Shown: positions 1 to 11,256 of the stretch, in pieces | Position numbering within the stretch: the first letter of the stretch is position 1 | Layout: each line of letters starts with the position of its first letter | Source of the DNA: Peribolospora baueri | Lineage: Eukaryota | Length of the DNA: 64,000 bases | Assembly (NCBI GenBank): GCA_029717555.1 | Contig: JAMDHS010000060.1 | Location: forward strand, 62,001-126,000 | Direction of reading: 5' to 3' | Notes under the pieces: generated by a model | Seen by the model: the letters and a program-made list of their open reading frames with translations, nothing else | The model's database searches: none | Told to the model about the DNA's origin: nothing | Translations under genes and position numbers: made by a program

Positions 1-3000
1 CTATTCAGCTGCCCACATCAGATCCAAAACGGTCATGCCGCCAAGTCGGCCAATCGCCGAGACCCGGGAAGCAAGCGACTCACTTGACATTTTCCCGCCC
101 CATCTCGGCCACCCTATCCCGATAAGCCTCAGTGATAGACTGCTCCTTCCCCTGCTGCTCGGCGAGATTCACCACGTAGACGGGACCGTACAGCTTCGTC
201 TGCGTCTCGAAGTGCCTGTCGCACGCCGTCAAGTTCTCTTCTGGGGACCGCTCGAGCACAGGTGGAGGCTTTAGTGAAAATGGGGATTGGGACCAGTAAA
301 GGGGGACTGGGGGACGAAGAAACGTCATGAACGAACAAGTGCCTGTCAGACGACATCTCGTGGTCCAAACGAGTCCGGAATGATCCCGGTGAGATGGCCA
401 GAAATCACTCACTGGACCCTCGGAACTGCACAAAGCTGAGAACGTGCGTGTCGTCTCCGCGCCTGATGCAGAGTATCTGCTCGCTGAGAGGGCCAGAAGC
501 ATCAGAATCCGTAATTAAGGAGATGGCGGTGAGCGTTCCCGACGTTGCAAGTCTAGAGGGCCTAGCAAAGTTCTCGCCATACTCACGTCTCGACATAGTT
601 GGCCACCTGACCAGCATCATTTACCCCGCGCCTCTGGTACCTTAGTCCCGCGCGCTCCTTGGACCTTCTTGACACGATGATCAGCTGCGCCTCCACCGAG
701 TCGTTCTTCTCATCAGTGTCGTCGGAGGCGGGATCGGGATGAGAAGGCCCGTCGGGCGCGAGGGTCAGGACATCTGATTCGGTCCGGGCAGAAGACGCAA
801 TGCCCGCGTTGGAAGGGGAGACCTCATCAAGCGGCTCGCCGGCGGGTTCCTTGGTGGTCCCAGAAACGGTCGGGGGAGGGATGCTGGTGCTGCTTGGGCT
901 AACCTCGATCGGAAGGCGGGACGATTGGAAGTACCCTACATGACAGAGTCAGTGAGTCAGTGAGCGCAGTCCGGGCTCGTTCGATAGCGTAAGTAAGAGC
1001 TCACCTTGCATGAGCGGAAGAACCAGCGAGTGAAGCTGACGGGTGAGCCGGTATCGAGACCATGAAAAAAAAGCGATTGTGAGACTGAGCGTGGCCGCTT
1101 CACTTGGCTGAGTGACAACCAATGTCCGAGGAAAAAATCAATTGGAACTCACACCTGCGTCGACGAAATCCCGAGTAAGATGCTCATTTTGCCAGAACCG
1201 TCTATCTACCCTTCCTATTAGTAGACGAGGACGCATCCACAGAGGGCCGGGGGGGGGGTATTAGTCCGGCACGGTGCGGGGGTGTCTTCGACTCCTTGGC
1301 CCCCCGATTAGAACTCCGGGACTTACGCCATAGAGGCAAAGCCGCCTGAGGCTCCTCGAACAGCATCGAGTCTCCTGGACGATCGCTCGTCCGTGAGGTG
1401 GATCCAGCAGCCGCGAAAGCCGTGCTCGGCTGCGCCTGTGCTTGTGGTTCCGATTTCGGTCGTGGAGGTAGAGACGAGGCCTGCGTGGTCGTGGGACTGG
1501 TTGGCGGCGAGGGTCTTGCGGACGAAGAGCGCGATTTGGACTGCGCGATGGCTTGATGCTTTCGCTGCAAGGAGTGGGTGAGGTCTGGAGATGGCGAAGG
1601 CGCTAGAGTCAGACGTCCACAAATCCAAAGAGAGAGGGCGCGGGCGAACGAACAAATGTGGAATTAATAAGATCAAGAACATCCGCGGGAGCTCACCGAA
1701 ATCATAGCTGAACCACATCTCTCCCCTACCAAACATGCGCACAGTCGCCATGACTACCTTCTCCTCCAGCTCCTCTCTCTGGGCGTCACGGTAGCGTTCT
1801 TCGGCCGTGCGAGTATTCAGAGGGTCGGGCTCGTTGGAAGGATCGTCAGCGGTGGCAGCGGGCGCGGAGACGGCGGAGGAGGGCTCGAAGGAGGCGGTCA
1901 GAGCTTCGGCCGTCACGGGGAGGTGATCGGGTTCCTTGTCGAGCTTAGAGTAAGTAGAGGAAGAATAGGATCGAGCGTGCTCGGCAAAGGAAACTTTCCC
2001 TTTCGAAGGGACGTCGCCACTGCGCCCAATAATGGCGGCGGCAGTCGAGGCGGCCGTCGGGGAGACGTCTTGACTAGACGATTTAGACGACGTCTGCGAT
2101 CCAGAAAGTCTGCCAATACGCAGGAAGCCACGTTTCGGCGAGTTGGCCTTGGGCGATGGAGAAAGTCGCGCCGAAGAAGGAACGGCCATTGCAGGCGTCG
2201 GGTCCGCGACGGGGGACGCCGTCACAGGAGGTTTCACGTCAAAGAAGGCCTCCAGGGCGATGGGCGCTGGAGTGACAACATCGTCCTCATGGCCCTCTTC
2301 ATCCGTGTCCTCTTCTTGTCCTTCCTCCTCCTCTTCTTCTTCCTCCTCCTCGTCCCCGGTCAACGAGGTGCTCAGGCTTGGCCTCTTGCCTCCCTCGACG
2401 CTGCTCCGCAAGTCCTTGGTCTTGCCCGCTTGCTCTTTGAGCACCTTGCGAGCGCGTTCCTCGGAGAGCGGGATGGCGATCACGCCGTTTGTGCGGTAGA
2501 CGGGACAAGATGGAGAGAGGAAATCCCCTGCGTGCTTCCTGGAAGTAATTACCAGTAGATATGACTCTGAGAGGGAAAGCATGACGAGATAATGAAAAAG
2601 TCGTGTGAGCTGGGACAGGGGTCGGACAGCATGCCATCTCAAGGATGGATGAACCTCGCTCACCCTTGAACAGCCGCAAGATGCCGACCACGCCAAAACA
2701 AACCACCGTCTTGGCTTCTGCCGCCATCCCTAGATCCAACCTGGCCAGCTCTGTGCTGTCCAGCGGCTCGACCTTTGCGGACCTTCCCCACCGCACCTTT
2801 GCGCCCTGTTCCCTGCCCACAGCCACGTCCGCCGTGCCACCGAGGCCCGCTCCGGCCGAAGGAGACCCGAACGAGGAAGAGAAGCCGACGGAACGGGGAA
2901 TGATCAAGAGACCGTCCTTGGTCGCATGGAGGATGAGCCGACGCTCGGGAAGCGGGTGAGGAAAGGGGGGGACGGAGAGTGCGGCCAAGGGGGCATCTCG

Positions 3001-3033
3001 CCTTCCGGGCCTCTTGGCGAACCAACCCTTCAT
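1..3033 (-). CDS. SacI-homology-domain phosphoinositide phosphatase (Sac1/INPP5F-Sac2-like), multi-exon, 3' end beyond the left window edge
   Basis: ATG at 3033 (MKGWFAKR). Spliced SAC-domain motifs: GVVGILRLF..SYLLVIT, MWFSYDF|DLTHSLQ, LPLWRRVDRRFWQNEHL, HVLSFVQFRGS|VPLYWSQ, YGPVYVVNLAEQQGKE. The catalytic CX5R motif was not seen in the window. Confidence 0.85.
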
Positions 3034-3292
3034 GAGGGGTGGGGGGTAGGGACGCGGGGGATGATAAGGAGGCAGGCGCGCCCGATGGGGGCGAGGAGGC
3101 GATGGGCTCGAGGAGGAAGAGCGCAAAAGAGGAGGATGGTCGTCGATAAACAGGGTGGAAGGTGTGAACCAGACAGGCGACTCGCTCTGATTGATCGCTG
3201 ACGCCGTCGGCGATCGGTCGCCGTCCATCTATCTTCCCACTGCTCCCTCCGGCTTGGCTTGGCCTGCGTTCTCAACCCCGCTCCGATTGACG

Positions 3293-3929
3293 ATGGGCAA
3301 GTCGAGACCACAGCAGCAGGCCGACAAGACCAAAGGAAAGGGCGGCGGCGGCGGCGGCGAGTCCAAGGACGAGCAAGGAGCGGCGAAGGGCAAGCTCAAG
3401 CCGGCGACCCACGTCAAAGTCCGGTGAGCGAACGAACGTGCGGGCTCATATCTGTCTGTACCGCATCGCCAGTACGTGCACTCCCTTCTCGTCAACGACG
3501 CTGACCGAGCCCGTCTGTCTTCGCACCCCTTCGTCCCTGGAAGCCACATTCTTTGTGAAAAGATGTCCAAGTTTGAAGAGGCAAAGGTCAAAGTAGTCGA
3601 GGGCGCAAAGTTCGACGCCGTGGCGAGGGAGTACTCGGAGGACAAGGCCAAGGCCGGCGGGGACTTGGGTTGGATGATGAGGAGTGAGCCACCGTCGCTC
3701 CGTCCGTCCATGCCAGCGAGTTCTCAAACCTGGAACCATCGAGAGCCGACTTTGACCGTTCGCTCGCTCGCTCGTCTTTTTCCCTCTTCCTCCCTGCGCA
3801 GACCAGCTCGTGGGTGCCTTCAGCGAGGTAGCCTTTGGCCTGCAGCCGTCAACGTGCGACAAGCCCGTCTTGGGCGAGGCAAAGACGCAATTCGGATACC
3901 ATCTCATCATGGTCGAAGGGAGACGATGA
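3293..3929 (+). CDS. PIN4: Parvulin peptidyl-prolyl cis-trans isomerase (Par14/PIN4 type), 3 exons
   Basis: Basic Gly/Lys N-terminus, then [32 protein letters not shown] and [15 protein letters not shown]. Intron 1 is 3424-3543; a second intron ends near 3801. Confidence 0.93.
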
Positions 3930-4272
3930 AGGTTTCCTGGAACGGTGACGCTCATGAGGCTTTCAATGTACAATCTCAAAACGGACAGATAGCTTGCGAT
4001 CTTCGCATCGCTTCTCGCATGTGTAGGCGAGCTGACGTTCAGAGTAGTAAAGGGAACAGGAGATGCAAATTGCTTAAGATAAGGGAGAACGAGCTTAGTT
4101 TAGTTAACAATGCCCCCCTCCATTTGATTCGCTCATCGGTTCTCCAAGCCTCTACGCCGTGTAGCTCGCAAGGTGCGACGCCGTCATGGACCACGTCCCA
4201 ACTGTCATCCTCATCGATGCCTTCCTTCACCTATCTTCGTCTTCGATGACGTCTTCTTTCTCCGTCACATTC

Positions 4273-5271
4273 TCACCGCCTCTCCCTCTCCGCCTCCCAC
4301 CTCTGCTTCATCATCCTGCGCACCGCCTCCGCCTGCGCCATTCTTTCGATCGACACTCCGCCAGCCCTCGATGCCAGAGCCGCCCACCGCGGGTCTTCGA
4401 CGAGGGAGTCCGTGCGGATCACCTGAAGTAATTAAAAGACAAACAGATGGATATGGCAGGGGGAATCGGCGCACAGGCGAGGAGCCTTTTCAGCACTGTG
4501 GAAGCTTGTCGAGAGAAAGGAAAGGAAAGGCTCACCGTTCCGATGCTGAGGAAGAAGCCGAAGGTGGCGGCTGAGGTGAGCATGTATTGAGAGAGCGTGT
4601 AGAGGAAGCCTCGCGGGCCGGCACCGTTCCTGAGACGGTTTGAGACGGGTGGAAGAAAGAACGTCCCACCGAAGGAGGGGATTGAGTATGCCGCGCGTGC
4701 CAGGTGCCTGGTGGAGTGTGCTCGAATGAAGAGAGGACAAAATAGGGGACGCACCTCAGAATGTTGAACGTTCCGAAGATGAACCCGATGGTGAGGCCCA
4801 CGCTACCGCCCATGGCTGCTCCCATTCCCACTGCGTATGTATGTCCCCAGGGCCAGAGCAAACAGAGGAGGGCGGAGTGGAAAGGAAGAGAGCGAAATGC
4901 CATGACCGTCAGTCCATCGGCGTCCTAGCATCCCTCTCCACTCTGCGCCAAGGGCAAACGGCTCATAGCTCCCACAGCACCTCTCGTCATCTATACAAAA
5001 GCTCTTCCATCCTTGCCATACATTCTTCTCCGTCCAGCCTCGGCCCAAAAGGCAACGCCAGCCCTCCGACATTCATTCTCCGGGTCAGCTCGGGAGCAGA
5101 CCGAGCGGCCACGGAAGCCAAGGTGCCAAGAGCAAGAAATGCGAAGAACAGAGACCGGAAGAAGAAGAGAGAGAAAAAAAATTGCAGAAGAATCTTGCAG
5201 GGGTGGGACTCACACTTCTGCCAAACCGAAGGCTGCTGGCCTTGTTGCTGCTGGGCCGGTGGGACGGGCAT
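4273..5271 (-). CDS. MGR2: Mgr2/Romo1 TIM23-associated mitochondrial membrane protein, 4 exons
   Basis: Spliced sequence MPVPP..QPSVWQK|LGMGAAMGGSVGLTIGFIFGTFNILR|NGAGPRGFLYTLSQYMLTSAATFGFFLSIGT|VIRTD..ERERR* matches the Romo1/Mgr2 family. Confidence 0.93.
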
Positions 5272-5565
5272 CTTGGGTCTGCGACTCTACTCTTCGTTAA
5301 GTGCAGTGTTTCTTGCCTAGTTTGGCTGTTCGTTCCCTCTCCTATCCGCCGTCCTGCCAGGGGGATTGACGCTGAGGAAGGTGGGTGGGCTCTTGCAGAC
5401 CAGGTTGCGCTCGGATTTCGAGGTGAAGGTCGACGTCGAAGAGGTCGCCGCGCCAGAGAAGCCGACAAATTTTGCCGATCGGTTGTGACACGACTATCAT
5501 CATCATCACTTGACCGACCGACCACAACCCTTCGTCTTTCTCGCCCACTGACCAACGAGAAGACG

Positions 5566-6837
5566 ATGCCCGCTCGCACCACTCCCACTCCACCACGGAC
5601 CAACACTATTCATATCACAGAGCTCCTCTCCCCCTTCTTCGAAGACGAGCAGCTCCCCTCCGCGCTCTTCGCCTACTTCCAAGCGTACGGCGACATCCTC
5701 TGCTGGGCGCCCCTGCCGAGCTTGGCACGGGTGATTTGCGTGTACGAGAGGGAGGAGGATGCGGCGCTGGCCAAGGCGGGAGCGGAGGGACTGCGAATAC
5801 CTAGGGAGGAGCCGCCACTGGACGGCGTGTCTGGAGATGACATGACAGACGAGTGAGTTCCGCCACCGTCGTCACAACGGCCATTGCCTGCCCTCCGTTC
5901 ACCCCCGTGGCCTGGCTGAATGAGTCGTTCCTCTGTTCGGCTTCCAGACCCATCTTCAAAGTATTCTTTGCAGCAGCGACGTCCCGCGAAGCGCTCTCCT
6001 CCGAGTTGTCCCGCCTCCAAGTGCCTACGCTGGATAAGAACTTTCTCATCTCCCCGCCCGGATCGCCTCCTGTCGGTTGGCAGCAGATTCGGGAGGACCC
6101 ACCGAATAAGGACACGCTGGCGGAAGATCTCATTGGCGCCCTCTTGTCGTTGACGAGCAAGGCCGAAGGAGCAGTCGAGGTGAGCCGGCCCGGGCCGTCG
6201 ATGAACTGGATATAGAAAAGCTCATCTCGTCGGTCTGTCTGCATGACACACACGCTGTCGCTTTTTCCACTGCGAGCAGAACGAAGACTCGCCGGCATCA
6301 GCATACGTCTCGCCGCTTGCTCCGTCCACGACGCCTCCGGCGACAGAGCATGTCGCGGCGGCCACGCCTCCCCAGCTGCTCATTCCTGCCTCCCAGCCCC
6401 TTTCCGTTTCTACCACCGAAGAAGACGAGACCACTTGCACATCTGCATCCCTCTCTGTGCCCGCTGTAACTCTCCAGGACTTCTCCCCCGCCTCGTCAGG
6501 CGCCGACGACGGGCGATTACAGGCGGCCCGAGACGCTGGAGCCTGGACGGGCGTCCCATCGCCGAGGGGAAAGATCGGAGATGTCAAGGCTACCGTGGAG
6601 AGTATGCAGGGCTGTAGGGGCGACGAGGATCATGTCATGGAAGTGGTACAGAGCTCCAGCGAGGATCGAGGAACGAGGCAGGAGAGCGGAGGGGAGTCGG
6701 AGTTCGGCGCTGCAGGAGCGGGGCAGGAGCAGGAGCTAGGGTCCGGCTTAGGCACTGGATTAGCACAAGAGGAGGGGCCTGGGAAGAGGATCACGCCGAC
6801 TGCACGGCCGCCGTTAGGGCATGGGAGCATGTGGTAG
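5566..6837 (+). CDS. RCN1: Calcipressin / regulator of calcineurin (Rcn1/Cbp1/RCAN), 3 exons
   Basis: N-terminal RRM-like segment, signature KNFLISPPGSPPVGW, PxIxIT-like PAVTLQD and C-terminal ITPTARPP. Confidence 0.92.
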
Positions 6838-7192
6838 AAGGGGACATGCTCTCTTCGCAGACGTCTTCTATCGTACCGGTGCTGTACTTTACGATTCCGT
6901 TCATTCTCATCCGATACCTCTTTCACGCAGGGTTGGTCGCCACGAATGTCTCCGCTGTTTTCAACGCTTCCCATCTTCCATGTGCACTGGTGTTGTCGTC
7001 CACGTACTCTTGTAGTGGCAGGCCGATTTGTCCAAGAAGATTGCAACCGGCTTCCTCAGAGAGCCAGAGTCGTGGGTATATTCTTCCCAGACGAAAGTGC
7101 ACAATGTCCAACACCGGACCACGCCGGACGATCTGCTTAAGCAACCCATGACGAACAGGTAGCCCTTGATTCACGCACATATGTATTCCATG

Positions 7193-8521
7193 TCATGTCA
7201 AGAAGCCAACCCCGCCCGCTCTGGCCGTCGCCGGATCTCGCAACTTCTTGTCTAGCATATCGCAGAGTGAGACCGCATATTTGATGCCGGTCTGATCGTG
7301 AGGGGTTCGGAAGTGAGTGGAAGCCACGGACGTTGAGCCGGCAAGAATGCCATCAGAGCCACGCATGTCAGCATGAGATAAACAACGGAAGGGAGAAAGC
7401 GGTTACACACCTTCATCGTCTCCTTCACCACGGCAGCATCCACCTCCCCACTGCCCAATTGTCGCATGGTGCACAATCGCCCGCTCGGTTCGACGACGAC
7501 CAAGATGCGCGTCGACGTACATAGCTCTTCTGCAAGCGTCGCGTCGAGGAAGGTGCGCCCGCCGAGCTGGATTTCGTAGGGAGAGGAGAAGGAGGAGGCA
7601 AAGAGCAACCATTCCGGCCGCGTACAACTTCAGAAACGACTTCGGTTGGGGGAAACAGTCTCCTTCCGTCATGCACCGGTAAACCTACCAGATTGAGTGT
7701 GATGCAAACTGGTAACCGTTCCCTCCCAATCAGCGGCCTCCCATCATCTCCTGTGTCCTCCAGCTCGAAATCGATCTCTTTGCTCCTGATCGACCCCTTA
7801 ATCCCCACTCTGTCCAAATCCCCGTCTTTCCCCAATAGTCCCGGCGTTGCTGTGATCCCGTCTGCACTTCCCCCGCCCGGTGCCTCATAGGCGATGCCCC
7901 TGGTAACGGGTAACCTCGTGTCCCATAGAGCGCTTCTCACGGCAATGAACAGTGCGTCGTATACGTTTCCGCCGCCAATCTCCAGGATGATGGCGTCGAC
8001 GTACAGCTTCCACGAACGTCTTCCCGGTACGACGACGAATTGGGAGTGTGGGAAGGGAGAGTTGTGGGAGATGGTATCGACCAGAATGGTGGTGAGTGAG
8101 GTTGTGTAATCTTCGAGGGTGCGAGAGTCGAGATGGTGGTGGGCTGACGGCGAGCTGCGACATACGATGATTAGGACGAAACGTCGAGGGGGAGTGAGCC
8201 GGAAGAATAAGGAGTCTGCCACGAGCATTTTTTCGTCAACTGAATGACAGGCAGCATCACTGACCATTCCACCGAACACTCAACGTAGCTCCTCCCTTCT
8301 CCTGTACCCTCCCCTTCCACATCCTCCACCTCAGCCTTCACACCCACCACCACGTCCGTCTCCGCGATCCTGACTCTCGCGCTGCCGTTAGCCTGAGGAG
8401 CGACGCCGGTGGTGAGCGAGATGAGACGATAGTCCGTCAGCGAGCGCCCATCTGCACGCGAGGAGGCAAATATTCCGGAGGCGATGTAAGAGGACTCGGA
8501 GCGCGAGACGGCGGCTGACAT
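7193..8521 (-). CDS. RRP42: RNA exosome RNase-PH ring subunit Rrp42, multi-exon
   Basis: MSAAVSRSESSYIASGI..RADGRSLTDYR..QANGSARVRI..VVVGVKAEV, WKLYVDAIIL..GGNVYDALFIAVRSALWDTRLP and FLDATLAEE. Last exon TGIKYA..GFLT*. Confidence 0.88.
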
Positions 8522-8720
8522 GGTGGAGATGGAGCGGTCGGCTCGTGCAGAGGCAAGCCTGGTCGAAGTCGAAGGGGACGTTCGTGGTGAATCTCGAGCA
8601 CGATTTTAGAAGATTTGCTGCGGCGACCTCGAATTGCCGATCACGTCTTGCAAGCTTGCCTTACTGGCCATTGCAACGAACCCTCGTCGAAGTCCCAGCA
8701 ACCAACAAAAGTCCACGACG

Positions 8721-9272
8721 ATGCCGCTCAGCCCCTCTCAACGCACCCGCGCCCTATCTCTATACCGCCTCCTCCTCCGAACGGAACGCAAAACGTTCGC
8801 AGGCGACCACGCCGCCATCCTCGCCGCCCGGGCACAGACGCGCAAGGCCTTTGAGGACGGCAGGCGGGAGACGGAGGAGGACAAGATCGAGGCGAATTTG
8901 AGCCTCGGGCACGAGATCGTGCGGGTGCTCAGGGCGAATGTCGTGCAAGGGAGGTGGCAGGAGGAGAAACACGCTTATGGTGAGTGGCCGTTGCGGTAGG
9001 GTGCGACGTCAACGGCGTCCTACGTCGTCGGCCTGCACACATCTCCTAATCCGACCGTACACCGCTCTCCTCTCTTTCTTCCCGACCGCCCCTTGCCAGA
9101 TATCCGCATCACCCCGGATACAGAGTTGGGCTCCAATGAGACGATCAAGCGGGAGCGCGAGCGGCAGATCGCCGAGCTCGAGGCGAGCAAGGGCAAGAGC
9201 AAGGGTAGCGCCGCCGGTCGGACACAATGTGGCGAGGCCGGAGGAACGCCTACTGCAGCCGCATCGTCATAG
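8721..9272 (+). CDS. MZM1: LYR-motif mitochondrial complex III assembly chaperone Mzm1/LYRM7, 2 exons
   Basis: ALSLYRLLLRTERKTFAGD..VLRANVVQG, then second exon IRITPDTELGSNETIK (Mzm1 ELGxN motif). Confidence 0.9.
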
Positions 9273-9501
9273 TTGGTTCTGACGATAAGGGGAACGGATA
9301 CGGATTCAGCTGTTAGAGGTGCTCGCCATATCCGCCTTTTCTTTCACCTTCAGTTCTTTTGTGACTTTGGAAGGCCAATCCTTAGAGAGATTAGAACACT
9401 AAAATACAGGAAGTGCTTAACACGTTGAGAGACGTTTCAGAGAAAGAGCGTCCGACAGAGTCTACGAAAGTGCTGTGGGAAGTCTTGGGACGCCAACTCT
9501 A

Positions 9502-11047
9502 TCATGCAGCAGCAGCCTTGCCCGAGTCAGCCTTGACGCTTTGGCTCGGGCCCGCCACAGCGCTCATTTCCGCCGCCGCCGAAGCTGAAGTCGGTCCGGT
9601 CCCACCGCCGCCATTCGCTTTCTTTCCAGGCCTCGCCCTGCCCCAAGACACCTTCACCTCCTTCCCTGCGATGTGCACCTTTGCCGCACACCTCTCCGCC
9701 GCCATCTCGGCCGACTCACGGTCGCGGAAGTTAACGAATGCGCACTTGGACTGCGGCACCATGACAATGGACTTGATCTGGTGCGATTGCAGGTTGGGAA
9801 CGGAGGTCATGAAGAACGTCCGAATGGCGGCTTCGTCCACGTCTGGCGATAGTGAGGCGAAAAAGAGGGAAGTCTGCGGAGACGAAGAACAGAGCGAGGT
9901 GAGGGGCGAAATACCCACGTCAGCGTCTGCAGCCAACCAAGAAAAGGAGGGGAGGGAATGACCCAGCTCACAATGGACTTATCCTCCGGAGGTGCGAGAC
10001 CAGCATCAATCGCGTTTTGTCGCAAGATCTTGCGCGCCACTGGGTCGTTGCGCCCATAATATCGATCCTTGATGTTTTGGTGAGACAGCTCGTTCTCAAT
10101 AGGTAGCTCGTGGCTGTGTGTCGCGATCAGGAAGAGCACATGAATAGTGAATGTCAGCAAACATGCGCTCAAAAACGCGCACTCAGGACGGATTACGTAC
10201 CGATACGGGCACTCATCGCCTCGCATGCAGTTGCCCTTGGCGTAGAACGAGCAGAGATGAGGTCGGTTGCGCTTGTAGTAAGGATCCGTTCGCGCTAGTT
10301 TCTTCAGCATCTCCTTCCCAGCGCTCTCTGCCTTGCCGTATGAAATGAGGGACGAGCTGCCTTCGAGCTGCGAGAAGGGAAGGACGGAATACCGAAGCTG
10401 TGTTAGGACAAGAATCAGCGCGCAAAAGAACACGAACAGTTGACTCACCTTGCCATCCATGTTCTGAGCGTAGTACTCCCGGTTTATATCGCTACTCGGC
10501 GCCTCGTTCTTGATATTCAGCGCCGTATCGCGCACCTGCACAGGCAAGCCGTACTGCAGGTCGAGCAGGCAAGTCTGACAGACATTCTTGACCTTGGCGC
10601 AAGTTTGACAAATCTCCGTCTTCTTGAACCGCATACCCGCTCCTGGACACCAGCGGAAGATGGTGAAGGGACGCGTGCAGATTTTGCACTCTCGGCCGAA
10701 GCCTTGCTTGGACATGCGTACGTAGGCATTGTCGCCAAGGCCTACAAATGCACGCGAACACACATAAGTAGGCATCAGTACCTATAAAGCCGTTGGGAGC
10801 AGCGCTCATTGCCCACACCATGTAAATGCAACACTTACACGTCTCACAGAGAATAGGAAAGTCAGAAGACTCCCAGTTCGACTGGTTGATGTCACTCTGT
10901 AAAGTCACAGAGAAAGGAGACTGTTAGCCTTCGTCCTACGTCCACGGAACCTGCCGGGTGATACCCGGTTTTGACTGTCTCCACAAGAAGAGTAAGCAAG
11001 TATAGGGAAGCTATCTCTGCAACTATCGCACTCACTTTGTAGTTCAT
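9502..11047 (-). CDS. SLT11: Pre-mRNA splicing factor Slt11/Ecm2/RBM22 (zinc fingers plus RRM), multi-exon
   Basis: 12-nt first exon MNYK, then [58 protein letters not shown] finger [15 protein letters not shown] and [17 protein letters not shown]. Confidence 0.95.
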
Positions 11048-11256
11048 GGTGGCGTGTCGAGTACGAGGGTCGTAGTTGAGACGGTCGACGGTCGACGGTC
11101 GATCCCGTCGGCTCCACAGGCGACCAACCGCAGTAGCGGCAACCACGTGGCAATACTGCGGCAAGGCCCCGGCTCTCCGGTTCCAACTGGCCTTGCTAGG
11201 CCGGGCTTCGTCAACCATACCCTATCTCTTCCATCTGTTATCGCGGTCCCCTCACT

